From: Podarcis erhardii
Lineage: Eukaryota
Length of the DNA: 64,000 nucleotides
Reading direction: 5' to 3' (one strand)
NCBI GenBank assembly: GCA_964252035.1
Contig: OZ176213.1
In this document: piece by piece, positions 12,064 to 24,400 of the stretch
Position numbering within the stretch: position 1 is the stretch's first letter
Layout: every line of letters starts with the position of its first letter
The notes under the pieces: model-generated
The model's database searches: none
Seen by the model: only the letters and a program-made list of their open reading frames with translations
Told to the model about the DNA's origin: nothing
Program-made: the position numbers and the translations under genes

Positions 12064-13390
12064 AATGCAATATCATTATTCAGTGTGATAAATGTGCTGC
12101 TTCTTGTCTTCAACTACAGATTCACAGACACAGTATGGTAACTCCTTCAATCCTGGCCACTGCAAGCTACTGTAGTCTGTATACTTGTGTATTTACAATG
12201 TGGCTTTCTCCTGTACATTATCGTCGTTCCTGAACTCCTCGGACAAGAGAATTCCCCCTAAGCAGTTTTGAATTTATCCACTGAGCTAGAAGTCGCACCA
12301 TCTCAGCCTCTGTATTACTAACTAAACATGACATTGTACTCTCTGCCATCTCAGTGCTACGAAAAGCTAGTCAGAATTTACCTACAGTTGCAAGCAATGG
12401 ACCAGTGTAGAATTCAGTCTTTTTCATTTCCTGTGGTAGCCCTCTGAGCCTAAGAGGTAGAATGCTGAACCACATAGTCTTAATACTTTGTCAAACGAAA
12501 GTGCTTTCAGCTCCAAGTAAGTGTTAGCTTTGTTGTCTGTGTTTAGTAAGCATCAGACCAACTGTGTTAAGGCTGTCCCAGTGCAGTTGGTGCCAGATCC
12601 TTGCAGAGGTGGGGCAGCCAGGTACACTTGCTCTGGGACCAACTTTTTTTGTTGAGTTTATAACTTTATTCTAGCAAGACTCCTGCCCCAGGCCTCAATC
12701 AAGCTCTGCACGGGCCTGGTTGGTGTTCTATCCTTGTGCTAAGTAACTGTAAGGATGAAAATGGGTTGGAATGGGTAAGCTTCTACAAATGCTATAAGAT
12801 ACCTTAGTACTAAATACACCCAAAGTATTTTTCTATAAACAGTTTCTTGCTATAACTGCCCACTTCCATCATGGCTACAGTTACTGTATAGGAAATCATG
12901 TGGTAGTACACCCATTTACTGGTGAGTACAGAAAGAGGAGAGGGTTTTGTCTTTGGCTGGGCATGAAGCCATTTCTGTTAGAGCCAACCACCACTAAAGA
13001 ATTTCCTTTGCCAGCTAAAAGGCAAGCCTATCAGCTAACTTCATAATGGGATGAAGTAGCTATACTGCTGTAAGTAACCTAGGTGTTCTAGTGTTACCAA
13101 GTACTAGATCAATAAAGATTAAATCTCGTGTCTAGCATGGCAACAGTTTAGTGGGATCAAATGCTGCTTTATATAACAAAAGGCTTGACATCAGTATTTG
13201 GCAATCTGCAAAACCAGGGTGGAATAAAATTTCCTTCTACTCTTTCCCACCCCCTACACCCCGCTCTGCCCCAAATAGAAGGCAGATGATCTCTTTTTGT
13301 AGAAATGAGAAGAGGCAGAGTAGTAATCAAATCCTAGACTAATACAACACATAAAATACTATTGATTTATAAAATGCATTTATGCATACC

Positions 13391-13585
13391 GTGTAGTGGT
13401 TAGAATCTCGGACTAGGACCTGGGAGACCAGGATTCAAATCCCGCCTCTGCCATGAAGCTCATGACTGGGCCAGTCACCCTCTCTCCGCCTAACCTACCT
13501 TGCAATGTTGTTGGGATTAAATGGGTCCATGTATGCAACCTTGAACTCTTTGAGGGAGGGATATAAATGCAATAGATAATAAATA
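13391..13585 (+). mobile_element. tRNA-derived SINE (MIR/Squam3-like); related copies at ~42800-43240 (+) and ~54430-54625 (-)
   Basis: GTGTAGTGGTTAGA..GGACTAGGACCTGGGAGACCAGGATTCAAATCCC head with A and B boxes; A-rich tail. Confidence 0.6.
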
Positions 13586-13646
13586 TACAATGTGCATTAT
13601 CGGGGTGCCAACTTGAATAAAACACTGTAGGGGCTCAGGTAAGCCC

Positions 13647-13995
13647 TGTTGTTTAGTCGTTTAGTCATATCCGACTCTTCGTGACCCTATGGACCAGAGC
13701 ACGCCAGTGTCTTCCACTGCCTCCCGCAAACTCATGCTGGTAGTTTCGAGAACACTGTCCAACCATCTCGTCCTCTTGTCGTCCCCTTCTCCTTGTGCCC
13801 TCCATCTTTCCCAACATCAGGGTCTTTTCCAGGGAGTCTTCTCTTCTCATGAGGTGGCCAAATTATTGGAGCCTCAGCTTCAGGATCTGTCCTTCCAGTG
13901 AGCACTCAGGGCTGATTTCCTTCAGAATGGAGAGGTTGGATCTTCTTGCAGTCCACGGGACTCTCAAGAGTCTTCTCTAGCACCATAATTTAAAA
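13647..13995 (-). mobile_element. RTE/Bov-B LINE, 5'-truncated
   Basis: [25 protein letters not shown] on the minus strand; possible TSD AAGCCC. Confidence 0.88.
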
Positions 13996-14191
13996 GCCCC
14001 GCATAATTGGTCACATGATGCAGTGCACACACCATTTCAATGGGAATGCCTATTAACTGCGTGGGAGTGGCCCCCTCAAATATTTTATTGTGGGGGCCGA
14101 AGCCCCCACGTCCCCTAGGGGTTGGCCTCTACGTGCATTATACAAAGTAGCAAAGCGCAAATTTGCACATTCATAAGTTTGTGTGTGCATG

Positions 14192-14561
14192 TGAAATATA
14201 CTCGGAGTCGCAAAGTGATTTCATGCTCTTTATTCAGCTCATAGTGGTGAGGAGGAATGAATGAAAGTCCCCTCAAAGTATCTGCCTTATATACATTATT
14301 TACACAATGGGCTGCACATGATTGGCTAATTCCGGAATTGTACTGTAAACCAATCAGGTTGTGGATTCACTTCAATCTGGAGCATGATTGGGTGGTTCCT
14401 GCCAACCAATCATACTGCTGCATTGTTCTAGGACCAATCAGACTGCTGCATTCTGAATCCTATTGTTCTAGGACCAATCAGACTGCTGCCTTTTGGATCC
14501 TATTGTTCTAGGACCAATCAGACTGCTGCAGTTTGGATCCTATTCGACTCAGTACATAACA
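14192..14561 (-). mobile_element. Probable solo LTR (Gypsy- or ERV-type)
   Basis: On - it reads TGTTATG...TTTCA, with CCAAT boxes, then TATATAA (~14287-14293), then AATAAA (14229-14234) in U3-R-U5 order. Flanks GCATG / CCATG give a 4/5-matching TSD. Confidence 0.75.
14421..14544. repeat. Tandem repeat, 3 x 40 bp, inside the solo LTR
   Basis: Unit TATTGTTCTAGGACCAATCAGACTGCTGC[A/C]..TG[A/G]ATCC at 14421, 14461 and 14501. Confidence 0.95.
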
Positions 14562-14689
14562 CCATGTGACAAATTCGGGAGGGGCCATCCCGTTAGATTG
14601 TAATGCACTGCTTTTTGGGGGGAGTGGGGAGGAATCCCCCCCCTAACCTCCCCACCCTGTCCTGTATTTTGCCAGAACCAGGTGGCAAC

Positions 14690-15480
14690 CCTACGTGACG
14701 GAAGAGGCAGGATCTGTTGCCCCTGAGTGTCTTGACATTGCCTCAAGCGAGCCGTGTAGTAGGCCGCCTTGCGCTCCTTGGAAAAGCAAGGCGGAGCCAG
14801 CTGCCCAGCCCCAAGCATGCGCCTACTCGGGAGTAAGCCCCCCGCTCAATCCCACGGAAGCCAAGCGAGGTGAGACCAGGCGTGGGCGAGGAGGATGCCA
14901 AGAGGCCACGCCCTGCTCCTCGCTCCCCGCGCTCCGATTGGCTGCCCACCTCCGTCCCCCTCTCCTCCTCCCTCCTCCCTCTTTCCCAGGGGCGGCTCCG
15001 GCTCCGCCCCTTTTTCCCCTCTCCGAGGCCCCGCCCCCTCTCCGTCCTGGCGCCGCCGCGGGCTCCCCTCTCCCCATAAGCCGCCTGTTGCCGCTTCCGG
15101 CGGGGCTGTGCGGGAGCCGGAAGTGGCCTCCGCGGGTGGCGGCGGCGGCGGCGGCGACATGGCGTCGGGAGGCTCCCCTGTGGACCGGCTGCCTCCGCCT
15201 TTCCCCGCGGCGGAGCCTGCGGGCGTCCCGGAGGCGGGCAGCGACTCGGACGGGGAGGACATTTTCACCGGCAGCTCCGTGAGTGGCTTCCTCGGGGCGG
15301 GGGGGGGGAGGCGCCCTGCTGGGACCCGCGCCCTGTCAGTCGTCGCCCTCCTTCCCCTCAGCGCCGCCTTGAGAAGTTTCTGCGGACTTGGCCAAGGGCG
15401 AGGAGGGGCCACGGCCGGTCCGGTGCTGCCGTGCATCGTCTCGCTCGAAGCGGAGCCTTGCAGGGTTCAGTGGGGCTTTG
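14690..15480 (+). promoter_or_regulatory. SNX1: SNX1 CpG-island promoter, TATA-less
   Basis: GC- and CpG-rich tract around exon 1. Inverted CCAAT (ATTGG 14937-14941), GC boxes near 14990-15040, ETS sites GCTTCCGG (~15093) and CCGGAAGT (15117-15124), YY1-like GACATGGCG over the start codon, (GGC)6 at 15138-15155. Confidence 0.8.
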
Positions 15481-18400
15481 CTACCCCGGAAATTGTGTGT
15501 GTGTGGAGCAGAAAATATTAAGAATAAATTTAAGGAACCGCAGAAAGAGGGAGGGGGAGGGAGTCAAGTTTCGAAAGGTTAAAATGACTGTAAACTCATT
15601 GAAATGCGTAAAACTGANNNNNNNNNNNNNNNNNNNNNNNNNNNNNNNNNNNNNNNNNNNNNNNNNNNNNNNNNNNNNNNNNNNNNNNNNNNNNNNNNNN
15701 NNNNNNNNNNNNNNNNNNNNNNNNNNNNNNNNNNNNNNNNNNNNNNNNNNNNNNNNNNNNNNNNNNNNNNNNNNNNNNNNNNNNNNNNNNNNNNNNNNNN
15801 NNNNNNNNNNNNNNNNNNNNNNNNNNTGGCAGTGCAAGCTTTCGGAAACGGGCTGCAAACTGCCCACTTCTTTAGTTTCCACGAAGTTGTTCAGCAAAGG
15901 TGTGGGTGTATCTTTCCGTGCATGCGAGTGGGAAGGTGCGGTTGGTCTGCTTGTGTTGTTTTCGTCGTGCATTTTGTGTTGTGCTTCTGTGTTGTAAGGC
16001 GCCCTGTGACCTTCCAGTGAAAGATGGTGTACGAATTCCATAAAGAATCATGCATGTGGGGCTGGAAAGGCTAAATGGCGAATATCTTACCCATTTCCCC
16101 TCCCCTTTCCTGTATAGGCACCTGCCTTCCGAGGGTAGCCCATTTATGCAGTCTTCCTGTACTCTGTTACTTGAAGATGTGTTGTGATAAACCTGGTGGC
16201 ATTTAAAGTGCCACAAGGTTCTTTATTGGTTTTCCTGCAATAGAGTGGGCATGGCTTCCTCTCAGAATGCTGCAGATTGATTGATTGATTGTAAGGATAT
16301 GGTGATGGGAAATCAAATCTTGGGCTTATGTTTTGAATCTGTTGCATGGTGGAGGCTTGGAAGCAGTTTAAATCTAGAACATAAAATCATCTTTGCCCCC
16401 TCTTTTGGATGGCTGGAGGTCCCACTGGTGTTGACTGTTTGATCAAAGTTCTAGACTTGGGTTGAGTTCAGGTCTAGGTTTCAATTCAACCGCCCTGAGC
16501 CTGGGGAGGGCGGGGTATAAATAAATTATTATTATTATTATTATTAATTCCCAGTTTTGTCCATTGCATTAAAGCAGCAGCCTAATATGTTACCTCTCTG
16601 TAGCTACTTAATCTATTATATTTTCTCTGTTTCACAGCCTTTCTTTGCTAATAAGACTTCATAGGAGGCTCTCTAAATCCCATGCTGCATAAGTGCATAT
16701 ATTTTGTATTCTTCCTAAGAGTTGCTGCTACTGCTTGTCTTAAAATGAATTTTGTTTACTTTGAGGCTTGTTTTATGTTACACTTCTGCTGGAATACTAG
16801 GTCATACACCTGAATAGTCTTTAAACACTCGTCTGTCACTTTTGCATCCTGAGTCAGTGGTATGTTTTCCACTGAACAGTTATCCTCTCCATTAGTCTGA
16901 AAGGACTTGAATTTACTTTATGTTTAATTGCTCAAAAGGAGGATAACTTTAATCTACTGATTCACATTCTTACTGTTGCTGATAATGACAATTTTTACCT
17001 GTTCTTATCAACAACATCCTGAAAAGCCTTTCTTACTGCATGCAAAAAACTGTGCCCATGTTCATTCAACCATCCTTTGACCAGTCCTGGGGATGTTCAT
17101 CGTGTGATGGAATATAATTGATGTGATGGGGAAAGTTTGGTGCATTTAAGTTTTTAGCAAAATTGTCCTATCCTGATTCCTTTTTTAGAAGTTTAGAACT
17201 TAAGTTAATGTGAAGGTAACTTCTAAACTGCAAACAGGGCATAGAATTCTGCTTGAGGAGCCCCTTTTTTGCAGTGGATGTCCTATCTTATCTAGATGCA
17301 GCTAATTGGCCAAGAGTCATAGTTAGTCAATGTTTACCAGGTCTTATGTTTCCAGAAAGAAATGTTTCTTTCAGGTAACAGTCTGTGGGATAAACTGCAA
17401 AACCTAAAAAGTGAATGGTTTTGAGATACCCACATAAAAGGAGATGAACTTGAAATTCAGATTCCTGGTAAGGGGATGAGGAAGAACTCTGTGGCACCAA
17501 TTGACTGGAAAGAATCAGTAAGCATGATGCCGGAAGTTGCTCAATCTCTGTAGAAATCATGCAAAACTTGCAAAACTTCACCAAAATGACTAGAGCTGTT
17601 GGAAAGGCTAGCTTTACTCTGCTCAGTATTGGTAACTTTCTAAGAATTCTCCATGGATAATAGTATATCTACAGTGGTGCCTCGCAAGACGAAAAGAATC
17701 CATTCCGCGAGTCTCTTCGTCTAGCGGTTTTTTCGTCTTGCGAAGCAAGCCCATTGACGGCTTAGCGGATTAGCGCTATTAGCGGTTTAGCAGCTTTTAG
17801 CGGATAAGCGGCTTAGCGGCTTAGAAAAAGGGGGGGAAGGGGGGGAAAACCGCAGGAACTCGCAAGACATTTTCATCTTGCGAAGCAAGCCCATAGGAAA
17901 TTCGTTTTGCGAAGCACCTCCAAAACGGAAAACTCTTTCGTCTAGCGAGTTTTCCGTCTTGCGAGGCATTCGTCTTGGGTTGCACCACTGTACTTCTGAT
18001 CTAATTCCCCGCCCCCTACAGTACCATATTTCTAGCTCTTACTGATACAGAAATGCAAGTACCAAAGCAGAAGAATGGACTAAGGCTCACAACACTGTAT
18101 TTTGGGGAACAATACAGCCTTATTTAACTGTAGGGCCACATGTTGCCATGAGCTGTGCCTTTTCATACAGAATAAAAGAGTGCAGAAACTTGCAGCCTCA
18201 AACTTCCAATCAAGTTTCTGCAACTTAGAACTTCAGGGAGCACAGAAAACATAAGAGCTTCCTTCTGAAGCAGTATGGCTCTGGCAGAGCTGCAGGGGGC
18301 TGAAGCCTTCCAAGGATTTGTTTGTCGTCAGCAAGCCTTGCTCCTGCAGCTCATTGCTCTGGCAACAAAGAGTCTGACTTCTAGCCTCAACAGCTCTGTC

Positions 18401-21400
18401 CATGGTGCCTCTTGGGGTCTGTGACCCCGTTCATGCTGCTATTTTATTTATTTATTTTGAAATTAGCAACTCAGCCGTGCAAACAGTGTCAGTGCTGTCT
18501 CCAGATACCAGAGCATTGTGTCTTCAGAAAGCTGTTGGGAAACAGTGGGCCTTTATAAGCCAGCACTACAATGACAGAATAGTGTAAAATGCACCAATGT
18601 ATGCATTATTAATTCCGCCCCAAAGAAGCTTTTTTTGACTTTTATTCTTGATAGCTGCTGAGAAGAAACATACTCAATGTACTGAAATAGGAAGGTTTTT
18701 TTTAAAAAAGTAAGGGTTTGAAAAACATTGGGTTTGCAAAATAACTTTACCTTTGGTAAAGTTGGCAGAGTTTTGTGAAACCGGTGGCATCCATGTGGCT
18801 GAAGGCATGCAATATATTTTTTTCAGGCTTCTGTGGGCATATACTTCAATAACAGATTTAACTTTGTAACATGTATAATAACTGTTATCTGTTCTTATTA
18901 GAGCAAGCCAATGTCGCCTAAGAAAGAGTCGCCTGTACCAGTAAGAACTACCTCCACAGAAAATGGTGTTCAGGAGGAACAGGATGATCAGGACCTATTC
19001 GCAGGTATGTCTTCTTACCAGGTGTGATGGTGTAAGTTCTTAAGAAAGCATGCACTGCTGTGGATTCTCCAGTTGCACAGGAGAAGACGTGCTTTGTGTT
19101 AAGGTGTTACAAAGTTGCTAGAAACAAACACCTTGACTTTGCAAGCAAGCCTGTCTGCTGATATTCTTCTGCTAAAACCCACGCACCACTTACAGCAGTC
19201 TTTTGCTGTTAACCCTTTGGCAGAAATGGGGCTTTAGATCTCTCCTATAGAAAATCTCTGGACATGAGCTCAAAAGTTGTGCTGTAGTGGCACTGCAGAT
19301 CAAGAAATCTCCAGTTTTAATTTTGCTTTCACCACAAGCTCAAAGTAGGTGATCTCAGCCTCCGTGCCCTCATCTGCAACATGGGGTGGGTGGGAAGTAA
19401 TAATACAGAGTTATTTTACATGGTTGTAAGACTTACAGCACAGCGCACGTGAACATTTGTATGACCATTTATATGAACACTAAGTAGATAATATTAGATG
19501 GTGATAATATTAGACACGTAAATCTGAGCCAAGGAGGATCATTGGAGATTTAAAACCAGGTAGAGGTATTTAACTAGCTGAAAGCTAGTTGGAACAAATG
19601 TATGGTATTTCTAATTCTGGTAATTCTATATGTTCAAATTAGGACAGTTTTGTGATAATTGCATGTTCTCCAAGGAGTGCTTATGCCCAGGCTAGTAGCC
19701 GCTCTGTGTTTAGGTTAATTAAAGGAAGTGAAATTAGCAGGCCCTCAAGTCTTTGTACTAAACTATACTTGAAACATGAAAGCTCCCAAACAGGAAACCC
19801 AACCACCTCATCTGTCATACGTGTGCCTAGATATGTCCCTAGGTCCAGACCACAATTTACATGTGTTCCTCTTCTTTTTAAACTGACAACTGGCCATTTG
19901 TTTTCAGATAGTTTGGGAACTGATGGGACCTGTTTGCTAACAAGATGAAGTTTATGCAAAATGAAGCTTATTCTTGTTTTGGTATTTTGAAAAGGTCAAT
20001 AAAATAAGGAGAAGAAAACAAAGTTTATAATAACCTAAATGACAGCTTTCAGGTGGCTTCTCAGTGCAGTCCTGACCTCTACTGCTGAAGGCTGCATACT
20101 TCTAGATGACCGTTGTTTGGACCTGCAGGAGGGGAAATTGCTGTTGTGCTCAGGTCCTGCTTGCAGTCTTCCTTGGGGCACTGTGAAAACAGGATACTGA
20201 ACTAAATGGACCATTGGCCTGATCCAGGGGGCTATTATGTTCTTATGGTATGCAGTATGACTTAGGCAATTATTTCACTATAAATCCATCCAGAAAGAGC
20301 AGGAATTGGTGTTGTGGCCTAGTACAAAGAAGGAGTGCAGCAGCGTTATAGTTGCATATTTATATTCCTTGATCAGATTTGATTGCCAAAGATTACGGCG
20401 AATCTCTAACTTGAATGCCTGCCACACAGGCTGGAATTGGGGAGGATAATGTCTAGTAGCTCTTCCTGATACATTTCTTCTGGCCTAGAAAAACTCAACA
20501 TCTTTCCTGATTCCTAAACCATTCCGGTTCTCTGCCCCCAGTTATAAATCTTATCCACTTTCAGATGCCACTGTAGAATTGTCTCTTGATAGCACACAAA
20601 ACAACCAGAAGAAAGAGATGGCTACTGTGATCAGCCCTGTCCCTTCTTTAGAGAAAACAGCAAATTTGCCTTCTAAGCCACAGTCAAAAACCTATGAGGA
20701 GGTAAGTGTTTCTGTGATTGTCTAGTCATATAAAGGTAAAGGTACCCCTGCCCGTACGGGCCAGTCGTGTCCGACTCTAGGGTTGTGCACCTATCTCACT
20801 TAAGAGACACTTCCGAGTCACGTGGCCAGCGTGACGAAGCTGCTCTGGCGAGCCAGCACCAGCGCAGCACACGGAAACGCCGTTTACCTTCCCGCTATAA
20901 AGCGGTACCTATTTATCTACTTGCACTTAAGGGTGCTTTCAAACTGCTAGGTGGGCAGGAGCTGGGACTGAAAGACGGGAGCTCACCCCGCTGCGGGGAT
21001 TCGAACCGCCGACCATGCGATCAACAAGCCCTAGGCACTGAGGTTTTACCCACAGCACCACCCGCATCCCTCCAAGATTCACCCTTCCCAGGTGAATATA
21101 CAATATATAACTGACTATATGTCTAGTCATATAGTCAGTTATATATTGTATATTCACCTGGGAAGGGTGAATCTTGGTGACTATTGTGAATAGCCTGCTA
21201 CATCCCTAAGCTAATTTCATACCCACATCTAACAGGTAATATTTAAAATACAGTGGTACCTCGGGTTAAGAACTTAATTCATTCTGGAGGTCTGTTCTTA
21301 ACCTGAAACTGTTCTTAACCTGAAGCACCACTTTAGCTAATGGGGCCTCCCACTGCTGCTGCGCTGCCGGAGCACGATTTCTGTTCTTATCCTGAAGCAA

Positions 21401-24400
21401 AGTTCTTAACCCGAGGTAATATTTCTGGGTTAGCGGAGTCTGTAACCTGAAGCGTATGCAACCTGAAGCGTATGTAACCCGAGGTACCACTGTACATATA
21501 TCCTGCCTTGCAACTTTAAAGCTTACAACATTTACTATTTTGTCAATTATATATAAATATTTGGGGGGGGGGAACCCTATTGAACCTGACAAATAGAAAA
21601 AAACTTACAAAAATGAGTTTTTTAGGAGACAATTTTTTAGGAAACAGTAGGTTCCATAGAAATGCTTTTGGAGAGGATACTTCAGAGCTGTGGTACTATG
21701 TTAGAAATTATGTTTTTATGTATTGAACATGAATGAGCTCTACATGCTGAAGCCTTCAGTCTACCCCCTAACTCTTTTAATATTCACACAATATTTAAAT
21801 ATGCACACAAATGTGAATATTATGTTGTGCCTGATACACGTCCTGACAGAAGTCCCTGGGTTAACCTACTTGAATGTACTTCTCTTACAGTTGGAAGAAG
21901 AGGAACAGGAAGACAAATTTGAACTTTCAGTGGAAGTGAGTGATCCTGAGAAAATTGGTGAGTCACTATGAAATGGAAATTACTTGACATAATTAAAGGG
22001 GAAAGCTGCATGGGTATGTGTTTTGCCTTCCGGTCTGAGGCAAGGCTGGTAATAAAGTTCTGCTTTCGGTGGTGGAGCTCAGAACTGCACTGATTGAACT
22101 GTCAACCCCCATCACTTACTGTTATGGATCAGCTTCAATACTTTGCTCTTGCTTCTTGCATAGAACGGCAGTGCAAGATTCTGCAAAAGCTTCTTGTTTA
22201 TGAAGTTTTTCCTGTTGCCAGAAATGTGATAGAAGAGTACTGTCAAGGGGAAAACTGATTACTGTGTTAACTTCCCACTCCCCTTCTGTGCCATTGTGGG
22301 TGATAGTTGGCTAGTAACAGCATAAATCACCTGGGTTTCTTAACTTATATATGTTCAAGTGTAATACAATAGATGCCCATTCTGAAGCTGGATGGTCTCA
22401 TATATTGTGTTCTTGACCATAAGCTTAAGGCAATTGTGTTCTGTTACTGCAGGTGCTGAAGTCATTGCTTTGAGCTTGTTTTCCAAGCAACAGATGATCC
22501 TTTTAAGTTATACTTTGTGTCTGTTGAGTAATTAATAACCTGAATATTTAGATTTTAATCTGATTCTATAGAGGCTTTTGACTGATGCACAGCTCTATAG
22601 AGGGGTGAAGCAGCAGTACAGCAGTTTGTTCAGCATCATCCCTCTCACTCCTGAATTTCTGTGGTGCTCTTTAAACTGCTCAACATTTTTAAAAGTCTTT
22701 GTGCTTTAAAAAGCAACTTGGGCCCTGAATACAAGAGCTTGCCTAAAACAATACCTGCACTTCAGCTACTCTTGTGCCCTGATTCCCAAAAATGCTACTT
22801 AAATGAGAGATAGCAGTTTGTTGGGAGCTGGTGTACAGGAACCTTAAAATTCAAATGTACACATGGAAGGTGTGCTGGCTTGCTCCTTCTTGCAGCTGTT
22901 GGCTGAATGCACACGACCGTTCTCCAAAGTCCTGACTTAATACAACCAGCTTCTAATTTGCAGGCATTCAAAGCATGCGCACCATTTCCACCTAGCAACA
23001 CCAGGAGTTGACTTCTTGGAGAGGAATATTTCAAGACCAGCTGAGATGCAGCTATTTTGCATAATAGATAATTTGGCACGTATCTTTTATTGCAGCTGCA
23101 CAGATCCTGCAGATTTTAATACAGGAAAGGATTCTGCAAAAAGAATTCTGTATCTATTTATGCTACTTGCTTTTAGACTTTCTATGCTCTGAAAAGCAAG
23201 CCGTGTGCAGTGAAGGGATTCTTTGGCCAGCATCCTGTGTGTGTTCTTTAAAAAAAAAAATGCCTTCAGTGCCATAACAGCCACTTAATTGTTCCGCCTG
23301 GGGCAGATGTGCAGAGCTCTCCCAGATCCTAGCAGTATAACAAGTCACTAATTATTATGTTAGGCTCATCTTTGTAGGAAGTAGAGACAGTACTTGGCAC
23401 CACTGAGGAGCCACTATTGTGTAAGCTTCAGCTGTCAGCATCCTGTAGCTTGTATGGTTGGAGAGCTGAAGGAGACCTCCTGGATCATCTGAACCACCTC
23501 CATACATGGGGGATGACTAGCAAGATGGAAAAATACTCAAGTGGGGCTTATTTATTCAGTGAAATGGGAAATGTTCAGAATGTATCATCTTTGACAGCTT
23601 AACTATTTTCTTCTTTGCTTGCTTGCCAGATCTAACACTCTGTTTTTAGTAAACTTTACTTACAGTATTACAAACTACCATGCTTTTCTAAAATCTTCAT
23701 TGCAAACTTGTTTCTGGAGTCTTCTATGGTTCACTGTTCCCCCCCCACACACACACACACACTCCACAACAAAATCAGCTGATGCACATATTATTCCAGC
23801 AGTAGCCTATTGAATTCCAAATGTTTTTGATATAGGAAACATGAGATGCAGCCCAGAATTCTGCATGCCTTTGTTATAACATCACATGGCTCAGCTTGTG
23901 ATTCACTCTGCTGCCCGGAAACTTCTCGGCCAGAGCTATTGCTTAACAATCTCACTTTTAAATTGATTCATTGTTTAGCGCAAACTTTTCACTTGCTGCC
24001 ATTTTTAGCTTCACATCCCTTTTTCTATACTTGCTAGTTTGGTAAGTTTACGTTCAGCTTCAGGTAAATTGTGTCACCTTGCTAGGCTGAAATATAGTTG
24101 CCCAGCCATTATGGAAGTGTGAGTTGTTGCAGGTAATGTAGAATTCAATATTGGAGGATTGTCTTCCTGACAGTTTTCTAAAAAGCAAAATTCTAGGGTT
24201 TCACCCAATAGAATAGCATAAGCCATTTGGGAGCTAAGCAGGACTTCTGGGAAGGTGGATACTGGTCTACACTGCCTATTACAGCTTTTTCCAACCCTGC
24301 CCCCCCCCAAAAAACAACCCTGATTCTTAATTTCTCGAGGTCACTTCATGCCTTGAAATGGTATGGAGTTCAGTATACTTCAAATGTGCTTTGAGCACAT

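Noticed and set aside
14421-14544. 3 x 40-bp repeat as a CRISPR array
   Set aside because: Units are contiguous with no unique spacers, there are no cas genes, the context is eukaryotic and the repeat lies inside an LTR.
14895-15521. 208-aa ORF in frame with the SNX1 start, and other long ORFs over this island
   Set aside because: GC-rich islands lack stops; the upstream ATG lies before the CCAAT/GC/ETS core promoter and the ORF reads through the intron 1 donor.
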